64,000 nt of DNA from an uncultured Nitrospiraceae bacterium (GTDB lineage Bacteria > Nitrospirota > Thermodesulfovibrionia > Thermodesulfovibrionales > UBA6898), in assembly GCA_963811165.1 (NCBI GenBank), contig CAWEQH010000004.1, forward strand, positions 1 to 64,000, given 5' to 3'. The position numbers were made by a program, and so were the translations under genes. Below are positions 19,237-29,791 of the stretch, in pieces. Every line of letters begins with the position of its first letter. Within the stretch, counting starts at the first letter, position 1. The notes below the pieces were generated by a model. That model was not told where the DNA came from. It was given only the letters and a program-made list of their open reading frames with translations, and did not search any database.

Positions 19237-19823
19237 GGCCGGTTGAACTTACCCTTCCGCTTTCTGTTTCCGACGTGCGCGGACTAAAGGCCGGAGATGT
19301 CGTCAGCCTAAGCGGCAGGATAGTCACGGGAAGGGACAGGGTCCATAGATATCTGGCTGAGGAAAGACCTCCGAAAGGGGAGGTCCCCTTTGAGCTCTCA
19401 GGCGCGGTCCTCTACCACTGCGGCCCTGTAATGGAAAGGTCCGAAGAGGGGTACAGGGCGGTATCGGCGGGCCCGACTACCAGCATGCGCGTCGAGATGT
19501 ACGAGGCCCAGATAATAAGGGAATATCAGCTCAGGGGGATAATGGGCAAGGGGGGTATGGGAGAGGCGACGCGTCGCGCGCTCAAGGAAAACGACTGCGT
19601 GTATCTCCATACGATAGGCGGTGCCGCCGTCTACCTCGCCGACAGGATTAGAAGCGTCCCGGGCGTATGGAAATTGGAGGAGTTCGGCCAGACAGAGGCG
19701 ATGTGGCTTTTCGAGGTTGAGGGGTTCCCGGCGATCGTAACGATGGATTGTCTGGGGAACGATATCCACCGGGAAATAGAAGAGACGTCTTTCAGGGAAT
19801 TCTCAGCGCTGATCGGGAAGTGA
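19230..19823 (+). CDS. Class I fumarate hydratase / tartrate dehydratase beta subunit
   Basis: TGRD, YHCGP, GPTTSMR, GKGGM. Confidence 0.92.
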   Translation: MVRPVELTLPLSVSDVRGLKAGDVVSLSGRIVTGRDRVHRYLAEERPPKGEVPFELSGAVLYHCGPVMERSEEGYRAVSAGPTTSMRVEMYEAQIIREYQLRGIMGKGGMGEATRRALKENDCVYLHTIGGAAVYLADRIRSVPGVWKLEEFGQTEAMWLFEVEGFPAIVTMDCLGNDIHREIEETSFREFSALIGK

Positions 19824-20012
19824 AAGGTCCTTTTATTTTGCAACTGGGCAAGGACGTTGATAAATCTCCAATGCCGACACGATATGTTTGATTCACATGA
19901 ATGCATACACGGCCTATGGAATTCCGGAAAATGGCTTGCCGCGCTTCAGTAGGAGTTAGGATTCGCAGACAAGCGGGAATGACAGGCGGCTAAGATATCG
20001 TAAAATGAGGGG

Positions 20013-20912
20013 ATGCAGCAAATGAGTATCTTTATCGCCGGGGCCAGCGGGTTCGTGGGAGGTCATCTCGTAGACGACCTTCTTTCTCGCGGACAAAGAG
20101 TGAGGTGTCTGGCCCGTTCCGAAAAAAAACAGGACCTTTTGTCCGCCAGAGGGGCCGATGTCGTATGCGGCGATATAACCTCTCCTGAAACGCTGCGCGG
20201 CGTACTTGGGCCGGACGATTTTGTGGTCCACCTCGTGGGGATCATCGAAGAGAAGGGAAGTGCTACGTTCAGGGCTGTCCATGTAGAGGGGACGTCCAAC
20301 CTGGTTGAAGAGGCAAGACGCGCAGGGGTGAAACACTTCTTCTATCAGTCCGCCCTCGGCGCGGACAAGGATTCCTGGTCCGGGTATCTCCGGACAAAGG
20401 CAGAGGCAGAGGAGATCGTCACGCAAAGCGGGCTGGACCATACTATATTCAGACCTTCTCTCATCATAGGCCCCTGGGACGGTTTTACGAAAAAATTGCT
20501 GGATATGATCAAGCTCTCTCCCGTCATTCCGGTCCCCGGCCAGGGGAGCGCGAAGTTCCAGCCTGTCTATATCAAGGACTGGCTCAGGTGCATCAATAAG
20601 GTCATCGACGATCCCCCTTCGTATATCTCGACGTTCGACATCGGCGGGCCGGAGCACCTTACCTATAAGGAAATAGTCGAAACCCTCGCGGAGTCCGCAG
20701 GCAGAAAGAAGCCGGCCTTCAATATCCCGATGGGACTGATGAAGCTATCGGCCCTTTTTCTCGGCGCCGTGCTGTCATCGCCGCCGGTCACGCTGGACCA
20801 GTTGCGTCTCCTTGAGTCGGACAACATCTGCGACGTCCGCGCGATCGAGAAGAATTTCGGGTTCAGGCCGACGAAGTTGCGGGAAGCGCTTAAGGAGTTT
20901 ATAAAGGAGTAG
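20013..20912 (+). CDS. NAD-dependent epimerase/dehydratase, NDUFA9-like atypical SDR
   Basis: GASGFVG Rossmann motif, YLRTK, FRPS, FQPV. Confidence 0.85.
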   Translation: MQQMSIFIAGASGFVGGHLVDDLLSRGQRVRCLARSEKKQDLLSARGADVVCGDITSPETLRGVLGPDDFVVHLVGIIEEKGSATFRAVHVEGTSNLVEEARRAGVKHFFYQSALGADKDSWSGYLRTKAEAEEIVTQSGLDHTIFRPSLIIGPWDGFTKKLLDMIKLSPVIPVPGQGSAKFQPVYIKDWLRCINKVIDDPPSYISTFDIGGPEHLTYKEIVETLAESAGRKKPAFNIPMGLMKLSALFLGAVLSSPPVTLDQLRLLESDNICDVRAIEKNFGFRPTKLREALKEFIKE

Positions 20913-20936
20913 GGGCGAACGGCCGTTCGCCCTTAC
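20909..20936. repeat. GTAG-type REP palindrome
   Basis: GTAGGGGCGAACGGCCGTTCGCCCTTAC between convergent genes. Confidence 0.65.
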
Positions 20937-21355
20937 TATCTTTTTACCACGAGCACGTCGCAGTCTGCGTGATCCACGATCTTCGAGGACACGCTTCCAA
21001 GGAGGAACCTCTGCGCGCCGTGTCTGCCGTGGGAACCGGTGATGATGACGTCGGCCCTCATCTTTTCCGCGGCATTGAGGATCTCATCGGCCGGATCGCC
21101 CTGCTTAATAACGGTCTTCAGGGATTTTGGATGTTTCGACTTTGCCTTTATCTTCTCCATCATCTCCCTGGTCTCCTTGGTCATGGTGTCAAGGATCCGC
21201 GCCCTGTCTATCTCCATAAGTTCAGTGAGGTAGAGTTCCGGAATGACCGACAATACCGTAAGGGATGAACCAAAGGTCTCGGCGATCTGAAAGGCCTTCT
21301 TCAGCGCCTTTTCCGAAGACTTTGACCCGTCGTGAGCAATAAGAATTCTTTTCAT
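20936..21355 (-). CDS. Universal stress protein (UspA family)
   Basis: ILIAHDGS, GSHGRHG, LLGSVS. Confidence 0.92.
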   Translation of the reverse strand: MKRILIAHDGSKSSEKALKKAFQIAETFGSSLTVLSVIPELYLTELMEIDRARILDTMTKETREMMEKIKAKSKHPKSLKTVIKQGDPADEILNAAEKMRADVIITGSHGRHGAQRFLLGSVSSKIVDHADCDVLVVKR

Positions 21356-21466
21356 TTTTTCTCCTCCTTTCATAAATTCTATCAGATAAGGGGCCCTGTG
21401 TCCTTTTTTTTTGGAAAGAAAGGATTAGAATAACAGATTCGGTTTAGGTTGAAAGGAGAAGACCCT

Positions 21467-22618
21467 ATGGCAAAAAAGGACTATTATTTCACTTCGGAAT
21501 CGGTCACCGAAGGGCATCCCGATAAGATCGCGGACCAGATCTCCGATTCCATCCTCGATGCGATATTGGCGCAGGACCCGATTGCCAGAGTAGCGTGTGA
21601 GACGCTCGTGACTACAGGACTTGCCTTTGTGGCAGGTGAGATATCGACGACATGTTATGTCCATATCCCCGACATAGTGCGGGAGACGATAAAGAATATA
21701 GGATATACCCGGGCCAAGTACGGCTTTGATTACGAGACCTGTTCGGTCATCACATCGATAGACCAGCAGTCTTCGGATATTGCCATGGGCGTGGATACCG
21801 GAGGGGCCGGAGACCAGGGCCTGATGTTCGGGTTTGCCTGCAACGAGACCGAGGAGTTGATGCCGCTGCCTATCATGCTTGCACACAAGATCGCCATGCG
21901 GCTTTCGGAGGTGAGGAAAAACGATGTCCTTGCCTACCTGAGGCCTGACGGGAAGTCGCAGGTAACTGTCGAATACCGCGACGGCAAGCCCTTCAGAATA
22001 GACACCGTTGTGGTGTCGTCGCAGCACAGCCCTGATGTGCACCTCAAGGACCTGAAGGACGACATCATCGAGAAGGTCGTGAGGCCGGTCCTCCCGAAGG
22101 CCCTGCTTGATGAAGAGAATATAAAGTACTACATTAATCCTACCGGCCGGTTCGTCGTGGGCGGTCCGATGGGCGATACCGGCCTGACGGGCCGGAAGAT
22201 CATAGTCGACAGCTATGGCGGAGTGGGCAGTCACGGGGGAGGCTGTTTTTCAGGAAAGGACCCCACAAAGGTCGACCGCTCAGGCGCTTATATCTCCCGC
22301 TATATCGCCAAGAACATTGTTGCCGCCGGCCTGGCAGACAGGGTCGAGGTCCAGCTCGCTTATGCAATCGGGGTCCCGGAACCTGTCTCGATTCTCGTCG
22401 ATACCTTTGGGACCGGAAAGATACCTGAGGGAAAAATCGTTTCCCTGATCAGGAAAAATTTTGATCTTACACCTAAGGGCATCATAGAGAAACTGAATCT
22501 GAGAAGGCCCATATACAGGAAGACCGCTGCGTACGGGCACTTCGGGAAAAACGACCCCGACTTCACCTGGGAGACCGCAGACAAGGCCGGGGCCCTTAAG
22601 AGAGAGGCGGGACTGTAA
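21467..22618 (+). CDS. metK: S-adenosylmethionine synthetase
   Basis: [28 protein letters not shown]. Confidence 0.98.
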   Translation: MAKKDYYFTSESVTEGHPDKIADQISDSILDAILAQDPIARVACETLVTTGLAFVAGEISTTCYVHIPDIVRETIKNIGYTRAKYGFDYETCSVITSIDQQSSDIAMGVDTGGAGDQGLMFGFACNETEELMPLPIMLAHKIAMRLSEVRKNDVLAYLRPDGKSQVTVEYRDGKPFRIDTVVVSSQHSPDVHLKDLKDDIIEKVVRPVLPKALLDEENIKYYINPTGRFVVGGPMGDTGLTGRKIIVDSYGGVGSHGGGCFSGKDPTKVDRSGAYISRYIAKNIVAAGLADRVEVQLAYAIGVPEPVSILVDTFGTGKIPEGKIVSLIRKNFDLTPKGIIEKLNLRRPIYRKTAAYGHFGKNDPDFTWETADKAGALKREAGL

Positions 22619-22624
22619 TAAATT

Positions 22625-22688
22625 GTAGGGGCGCAGTTGCTGCGCCCTTGCTTTGTCAAAATAGAGGGCGGGGGAACCCCTCCCCTAC
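22625..22688. repeat. GTAG-type REP doublet (inverted pair)
   Basis: GTAGGGGCGCAG...CTGCGCCC-spacer-GGGCGGGG...CCCCTCCCCTAC between metK and ahcY. Confidence 0.6.
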
Positions 22689-22703
22689 AATTAAGGAGGA
22701 TAG

Positions 22704-23963
<1,260 letters not shown>

Positions 23964-23991
23964 GGAAAAGTTTCATCCGTTATCGGATATG

Positions 23992-24019
23992 GGGCGGGTC
24001 TCTGACCCGCCTTTTTTTT
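23992..24019 (+). terminator. Rho-independent terminator after ahcY
   Basis: GGGCGGGTC-TCT-GACCCGCC followed by T8. Confidence 0.85.
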
Positions 24020-24171
24020 GCCCTTTTGAGACATTCAATGCCGATTGACAAAGTAAAATAACTTTATTAATGTATGATCATCAAGTGGGGAAGCGGGAAG
24101 GGGATTAATGAGTTCCACGGAGAATCCGAAGTAGTCGAGAGACGCATCATTACGCGCCCGGGAGGGGGGCC

Positions 24172-24360
24172 ATGCCGTACCACGGAGAAGGGGACAGGAT
24201 ACTTCAAGGCACCGCCATCGAGCGCAAGCGTTACGTGATCGGGGAGAAGCGCCCGATTACCACCGACATCAGAGGATGGATATCCTTCCCGGACAATATC
24301 ATACCTCTCCACTCCCCGGCGGAAAAGATGTTGCCGTTCTATGCGAAACCCGACCCGTAA
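24172..24360 (+). CDS. Small hypothetical protein
   Basis: GGAGG RBS; TTGACA-17 bp-TAATGT promoter at 24045-24073; no recognisable motif. Confidence 0.4.
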   Translation: MPYHGEGDRILQGTAIERKRYVIGEKRPITTDIRGWISFPDNIIPLHSPAEKMLPFYAKPDP

Positions 24361-24491
24361 AAAAATGGGGGGAAGTTTTCTCAACGAGTACCCAGGGAAG
24401 GTGAGGGGGAGATAGAGGAAATTCCGTTCAAGTTTTCTTCGTGAGGCATAGCAAGGGGGTACATAACAGTAGATCAAGGAGGGATACCACA

Positions 24492-25133
24492 ATGACAGAA
24501 GTGAACCCGAACCTGCTTCAATTTTTTACGCAGCATTACAGACCTGGGGCCATCGGATTGGTCGGTACCTGCGACACCGTCGGGACAGCTATCAGAGAGG
24601 CGCAACGGAAGGTGAGCGCGGATCATAGTGCCTCGCTCTGGTCGCACTGCTTTATCCTGGGAGACATGAGGCTCGACAGGAGGGCGCCTGATGGCAGTCT
24701 GACCAGAAGTCCTTATCTCTTCGAAAGCGACCTGGAGGTAAACGCCTTCAAGCCGCAGTTGAGGAATGGTGCACAGGAAAACTGGATAGGAAAGTGGTGC
24801 AGGGAGGACGTCGAAAACGCCGCGGTGATCGACCTCGGGCTATCTGATGACGAGAGAGACAAGGTCCTCGGTACCGCCCTGCAGCTTGTCGATGAGCAGG
24901 TGCTCTATCCGATACAGGAACTTCTCGGCACCTGGTGGGCGATCATCACGCACCAAGAGTGGAAAGAGAACCCTCTCGATGACCCCCATGCGATGTATTG
25001 CAGTTCCTTTGTAAGGTACTGCTACAAAGAGGCCGGGAGAGACTTCCTGGACGGTTCTGCGAGTGTCTCAAACACAACACCTGAGGATATCGCAAAAGCG
25101 GGAAAAGAAACGATGGTTTTTTATAAGCCATAA
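24492..25133 (+). CDS. Permuted papain-like amidase (YiiX/YebB-like NlpC/P60 superfamily)
   Basis: WSHC histidine precedes YCSSFV cysteine, TPEDI tail; AGGAGG RBS before ATG 24492. Confidence 0.65.
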   Translation: MTEVNPNLLQFFTQHYRPGAIGLVGTCDTVGTAIREAQRKVSADHSASLWSHCFILGDMRLDRRAPDGSLTRSPYLFESDLEVNAFKPQLRNGAQENWIGKWCREDVENAAVIDLGLSDDERDKVLGTALQLVDEQVLYPIQELLGTWWAIITHQEWKENPLDDPHAMYCSSFVRYCYKEAGRDFLDGSASVSNTTPEDIAKAGKETMVFYKP

Positions 25134-25134
25134 A

Positions 25135-25472
25135 ATGGGGAGGGGGATGCTATCAGATTCGCTATTGCATTATTGCTTGCTTTTTCGCTGATGTGCTGTG
25201 TAAGTCCAGACTCGCGAACTTTGACAGAGCTTAAGACGGACCTGAAATGCATTGAGCTTCAGAACGGCCTGCCGTGGACAGATATTTCGAGGGAATTCGG
25301 GACAGCTGATATTCTGCATTTGCCTGAAGCGGGCACGAATTTGGGGAAAAATGCGCGGGGCTACCGGGATGAAATTGTCATCTTTTACACGGAACTGAAA
25401 GAAGTTAAAGAAGGGGAAAAAACACGATTTAATGAGGTTGTATACAAGACCGAGATATGCAGGAAGAAATAG
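25135..25472 (+). CDS. Putative lipoprotein (start appears frameshifted in a G run)
   Basis: Hydrophobic signal AIRFAIALLLAFSLMCC lies in the 25173 frame; the only nearby ATGs are out of frame unless one G is added at 25142-25146. Confidence 0.5.
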
Positions 25473-25484
25473 GGGGAAAAGGTC

Positions 25485-26411
25485 ATGCTGAGTGTTGACG
25501 CTTTTTTGGAAAAAACAAAGGGCAGCGCAAAGGTTTTCAATAGCTACAGGATACAGACTGATAAGAACATCACCGAGAAGCTGACGATCTGTATCCCGGA
25601 CATGCATTTGCTCGAAAGAGGCCCGAATGACGATTTTCTCGACGGCAAGCCGGGCAATGAAGAGAGATTCATGAGTCTTCTCGATTTTCTCCTGACACTC
25701 CGGGCATCTGAAAAAGAGGGGCTGGAAATCGTTCAGCTCGGGGACATGTTTGACCTGTGGCAGGCCAAGGGCCATACGAGTCTCATCGTTGAAGCCTATC
25801 CAGGCATTATCGGCCTGGTCGACAAGATTGGATCGGTCTACGTCGTAGGGAACCACGATATAGATATCTACAACTGGTACAAGGACAAAGAAGAACATTT
25901 CGGAAGAAAGTGGAGGCATCTCTCAAAGGCTGACGGCAAAGTAAGGGCGCTTTATGAACACGGGTTCCAGGCGGACTTTGCGAACAACCAGGACAGCTGG
26001 ACGGGAGTAATCGGGAGGGAAATATCCAGGATCGTCGGCATGATGGAGTATATCGACCCGGACATTGATGTGGTGCTGGGATCAACATGGGATTCGATCG
26101 TAAGGACCTTCAGCAAATATAACGTTTTCACTCCGGTGAGAAACCCCGAAGGATTCAATTTTCACGAATACTTTAACTTTTACTCAGACCTCATGAAGAA
26201 ATACAACGCAGGAGAAACGCTTGACTATTATGCGCCGGGGGACATTGATTTGTGTCTATCCGTAATCGGACATACCCACACAGCCAGACTGGTCCAGATG
26301 CCGAAAGACAACCAAACCTTTTACCTGATGGACTGCGGGTCGTGGGTAAACGGAGGCCATGAGATCGGCGTCATTGCAGGGAAAGAGATGGCTGTATGCC
26401 AGTGGGGATGA
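25485..26411 (+). CDS. Calcineurin-like metallophosphoesterase
   Basis: DMH, GDMFD, GNHD, HG and GHTH motifs in canonical order. Confidence 0.85.
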   Translation: MLSVDAFLEKTKGSAKVFNSYRIQTDKNITEKLTICIPDMHLLERGPNDDFLDGKPGNEERFMSLLDFLLTLRASEKEGLEIVQLGDMFDLWQAKGHTSLIVEAYPGIIGLVDKIGSVYVVGNHDIDIYNWYKDKEEHFGRKWRHLSKADGKVRALYEHGFQADFANNQDSWTGVIGREISRIVGMMEYIDPDIDVVLGSTWDSIVRTFSKYNVFTPVRNPEGFNFHEYFNFYSDLMKKYNAGETLDYYAPGDIDLCLSVIGHTHTARLVQMPKDNQTFYLMDCGSWVNGGHEIGVIAGKEMAVCQWG

Positions 26412-26443
26412 AAATTGTGAAACATTAAAAGGAGGTTTAATCT

Positions 26444-26683
26444 ATGCCATTAGCCAAATGCCATCGCTGTAATGGGACCGGACATTATCTTGACGCTAAC
26501 CCCAAGACAGGCGCCTTGGAATGGTGTGCCGGTTGTAATGGAGACGGGATGGTGGACGTTAAAGACGAAAGCGCCCTCTGCGCCAGGTGCAACGGAAGAG
26601 GAAACTACATCGATGAAAACCCGACGAGGCCTGGCGTCCTCGATTGGTGCCTTGCATGCAAGGGGAGCGGGTACGCGGGCTAG
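26444..26683 (+). CDS. Stand-alone DnaJ-type zinc finger protein (four CxxCxGxG)
   Basis: CHRCNGTG, CAGCNGDG, CARCNGRG, CLACKGSG; AGGAGG RBS. Confidence 0.85.
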   Translation: MPLAKCHRCNGTGHYLDANPKTGALEWCAGCNGDGMVDVKDESALCARCNGRGNYIDENPTRPGVLDWCLACKGSGYAG

Positions 26684-26814
26684 CTAAAAGACTTCGATAC
26701 TTTTTTGCGCAGAACTTCTTCTCTTATTGAAATTGTTTTAGCTCGCAGAAATGGCCCGGCGGTTTCTCATTCGGCCGCCGAATTTAATAACGGTAGCAAT
26801 AGGAGGGAGGAAAC

Positions 26815-27576
26815 ATGGGCATCAAAAAGTTGACGAGGAAATTTGGGTGGATACCGGACAGGCCGGACCATCGGGATTATCGGTTTGCAGCGTTAGGAGC
26901 GGTGCTTGCAAAACTGCCGACAAAAGTCGATTGGACGTCCAAGTGTCCGCCGGTCTACGATCAGGAACAACTGGGAAGCTGCACGGCAAATGCGATCGCC
27001 GGCGCGATAGAATTCGATCGCATGAAGCAAAAACTGAATGATTTTACTCCGTCACGTCTTTTCATCTACTACAACGAAAGGGCAATGGAGGGCACGGTGC
27101 AGAGCGATTCAGGCGCCGCCATCCGAGACGGTATCAAGAGTGTTGCCAAGCAGGGCGACTGCCCCGAAACGGAGTGGCCGTACAACGAGAAGAAGTTCGC
27201 GGTGAAGCCGCCCCAGTCCTGTTTCAAGGACGCCCTCAAATATAAGGCCGTGGAATATCAACGCATAGACCACAACCTGACCCAGATGAAGGGCTGCCTT
27301 GCGGGCGGATATCCCTTTGTCTTCGGCATCTCCGTGTATGCGAATTTTCCGATGAACACTAAAACAGGGGCGATCCCGATGCCGGGGAATGCGGCGGGCA
27401 CAAATGAAGGCCACGCAATGCTCGCAGTCGGATACGACGATGCGAAGCGCGTCTTCATCATCCGCAACTCCTGGAATACCACATGGGGCAAAAAGGGCTA
27501 CGGCACGATACCCTATGAGTATCTGCTGAACTCCGACCTCGCAGACGACTTCTGGACGATCAAGGTCGTAAAATGA
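26815..27576 (+). CDS. Papain-family (C1) cysteine peptidase
   Basis: DQEQLGSCTANA (Q,C), GHAMLAVGY (H), RNSW (N). Confidence 0.93.
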   Translation: MGIKKLTRKFGWIPDRPDHRDYRFAALGAVLAKLPTKVDWTSKCPPVYDQEQLGSCTANAIAGAIEFDRMKQKLNDFTPSRLFIYYNERAMEGTVQSDSGAAIRDGIKSVAKQGDCPETEWPYNEKKFAVKPPQSCFKDALKYKAVEYQRIDHNLTQMKGCLAGGYPFVFGISVYANFPMNTKTGAIPMPGNAAGTNEGHAMLAVGYDDAKRVFIIRNSWNTTWGKKGYGTIPYEYLLNSDLADDFWTIKVVK

Positions 27577-27587
27577 GCTGACGTAAG

Positions 27588-27630
27588 ATGCGTCCTCCCT
27601 CACGAGCGGGGGAGGACGCATTTCTCTTTT
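27588..27630 (+). terminator. Terminator after C1 peptidase
   Basis: ATGCGTCCTCCC...GGGAGGACGCAT followed by T-rich tail. Confidence 0.75.
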
Positions 27631-27745
27631 CCCATCGCTGAGTTATTGTAATAAAAAAAGAGTGCAAATTGGTAAGGGAAACTGCACAGCTTTAATTCGG
27701 ATGTCACTATATTTAACTATTTGGAGCCCCCCGCAAAAGAGGCAA

Positions 27746-27827
27746 AGTCCTGATGTGCAACTGAAAGACCTCAAGGACGACATAATCGAGAAGGTCGTGA
27801 GGCCGGTGCTCCCGAAGGCCCTGCTTG
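27746..27827 (+). repeat. 82-bp diverged copy of an internal metK segment (22028-22109)
   Basis: Alignment by eye: 75/82 identical; encodes [27 protein letters not shown]. Confidence 0.9.
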
Positions 27828-28032
27828 CCGGTCTCCCTTCAGGGCATGGAAACGGTGCTCGGCGGAACTCTCAGATCGTCAACAGAAGCGGCAAGATCGA
27901 TATACTCCAGACGCCTGACGGCCCTTTTCAGAATGTCATTGTCATGTGACAATTGTCAACGGGCGCCTTATTCCAAAATCCCGATTCATCTCAACTCCTT
28001 GTCCGGCTTATTTTTTTATGGTAATGTAAATC

Positions 28033-28476
28033 ATGTCCGGCAAGGTCGTATCCGTCAATATCAGCGGAAAAAAAGGCACAAGGAAGAAGCCTGTCGAAGA
28101 GGTCGTACTAAAGACAGAGTACGGCATTGAAGGCGATGCGCATGCCTCTTCGCAATGGCACAGGCAGGTGAGCCTCCTTGCGCTGGAGAGCATACAAAAG
28201 ATGCGGGAAAAGGGACTCGATGTATCGTCCGGCGATTTTGGCGAGAATATCACCACAGAAGGAATAGACCTTGTCTCTCTCCCTGTCGGAACAATAATGC
28301 GGATCGGCGACGATGTGACCGGAGAGGTGAGCCAGATAGGGAAGGAATGTCATACACGGTGCGCGATCTACTATCAGGCCGGCGACTGTGTGATGCCGAA
28401 GGAAGGGATATTTATCAGGGTCCTAAACGGCGGAAAAATAAGAAAAGGCGACCACATTGCAGTCGTGACGGGGTGA
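28033..28476 (+). CDS. MOSC domain protein
   Basis: GIEGDAHA, RQVSLL, FGENITT, KECHTRC, CVMPKEG. Confidence 0.9.
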   Translation: MSGKVVSVNISGKKGTRKKPVEEVVLKTEYGIEGDAHASSQWHRQVSLLALESIQKMREKGLDVSSGDFGENITTEGIDLVSLPVGTIMRIGDDVTGEVSQIGKECHTRCAIYYQAGDCVMPKEGIFIRVLNGGKIRKGDHIAVVTG

Positions 28477-28561
28477 GAGAAAGAATGATAAAAGAGGGCA
28501 TAATATTTTCGGTCATTCTCAAATATGATACCCTCTTTCATGCGTTCCCCTATAGGGAAGT

Positions 28562-29059
28562 ATGATCACGGTTGCTGTCCTTACATTGAGCGACAAGGGT
28601 TCACGCGGGGAGCGGGAGGACCTGAGCGGTCCGGAAATTAAAGAGATGATAAAAGGAATAGGCATTGTCCAGTACTACGAAGTGATACCGGACGAAAAGG
28701 AATTGATAAAAGAAAAGCTGATCGATTACAGTATGAAAGTGGATTTGATTATAACGACCGGAGGGACCGGTCTTTCTCCAAGAGACGTGACACCCGAAGC
28801 GACGCGAGAGGTCATCGACCGAGAGGTCCCGGGCATAGCAGAGGCGATGAGGATGGAAGGGCTGAAAAAGACCAACAGGGCCATGCTTTCGAGGGCGGTT
28901 GCCGGGGTCAGGGGAAAGACATTGATCATAAACCTGCCGGGAAGTCCGAAGGCCATCAGGGAAGGTCTCGCGGTGGTTGTGGGCGTCATACCGCATGCGG
29001 TTGAAAAGATAAAAGGCAGCATGGAAGACTGTGCGCCTGCGGGCCCGGGCGCAGGATGA
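28562..29059 (+). CDS. mog: Molybdopterin adenylyltransferase (MogA/MoaB)
   Basis: LTLSD, TTGGTG, RDVTPEA, LSR, NLPGSP. Confidence 0.9.
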   Translation: MITVAVLTLSDKGSRGEREDLSGPEIKEMIKGIGIVQYYEVIPDEKELIKEKLIDYSMKVDLIITTGGTGLSPRDVTPEATREVIDREVPGIAEAMRMEGLKKTNRAMLSRAVAGVRGKTLIINLPGSPKAIREGLAVVVGVIPHAVEKIKGSMEDCAPAGPGAG

Positions 29060-29778
29060 AAGACGTTTCATTTCCTCTGGCCTTTTTGGCGGGCGTGCTC
29101 TCTTTCCTGTCTCCCTGTGTCCTTCCCCTTGTCCCTTCATATGTCTCCTTTATTACCGGCGTTTCCTTTGAAGACCTGAAGGAAGGGACTGACAGAAAAA
29201 AAATACGGTTTCTCACGATCACCAATTCCCTTGCCTTTATCTGCGGATTCTCCCTTATCTTCATTGCGCTCGGTGCGTCATCTTCCGCAGTGGGCAAATT
29301 CTTCTTCGATTACCAGGACTGGATAAGGATTGTCGGAGGCGTGCTCGTGATTTTTTTCGGGCTGTTTATCTCGGGCATCGTGAAAATAGATTTCCTGACG
29401 AGGGAGAGGAAATTTCATATGAGCGGGAAACCGGCGGGGTATATCGGTTCGTTCCTTGTGGGGATGACGTTTGCGGCCGCCTGGACGCCGTGCATCGGCC
29501 CGATCTTGGGGACCATCCTGCTCTACGCCAGCTCCCATGGCTCGGCAGCCTACGGGTTTAAGCTCCTTTCGGTATATTCCCTCGGCCTGGCCGTTCCGTT
29601 TTTCCTGTCTTCCCTGATGTTTAACTCCTTTCTGAGCTATTCCGCCAAGATAAGGAAATACATGAGGGTGGTCATGTTGGCAAGCGGCGCGCTTCTGATA
29701 GTCTTTGGCGTTCTCCTTCTTACTAATAATGTACGTCTGCTCTCTGGCTTGTTCCCGGACATCGGGATAAATTTCTAG
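29056..29778 (+). CDS. ccdA: Cytochrome c biogenesis protein CcdA
   Basis: SFLSPCVLP and WTPCIGP motifs, about 6 TM. Confidence 0.92.
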   Translation: MKDVSFPLAFLAGVLSFLSPCVLPLVPSYVSFITGVSFEDLKEGTDRKKIRFLTITNSLAFICGFSLIFIALGASSSAVGKFFFDYQDWIRIVGGVLVIFFGLFISGIVKIDFLTRERKFHMSGKPAGYIGSFLVGMTFAAAWTPCIGPILGTILLYASSHGSAAYGFKLLSVYSLGLAVPFFLSSLMFNSFLSYSAKIRKYMRVVMLASGALLIVFGVLLLTNNVRLLSGLFPDIGINF

Positions 29779-29791
29779 GTTCGCCTGCATT

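Noticed and set aside
21380..21466. Possible SAM or SAH riboswitch before metK-ahcY
   Set aside because: The leader is short and shows no recognisable SAM-I or SAH core
24074..24360. Fusion of an upstream 54-codon ORF with the 62-aa ORF across a G6 run
   Set aside because: The upstream ATG abuts the predicted -10 box and lacks an RBS, while the downstream ORF has its own GGAGG
27662..27949. 95-aa ORF containing MetK-like residues
   Set aside because: Chance read-through across the metK fragment; the flanks have no support as a gene
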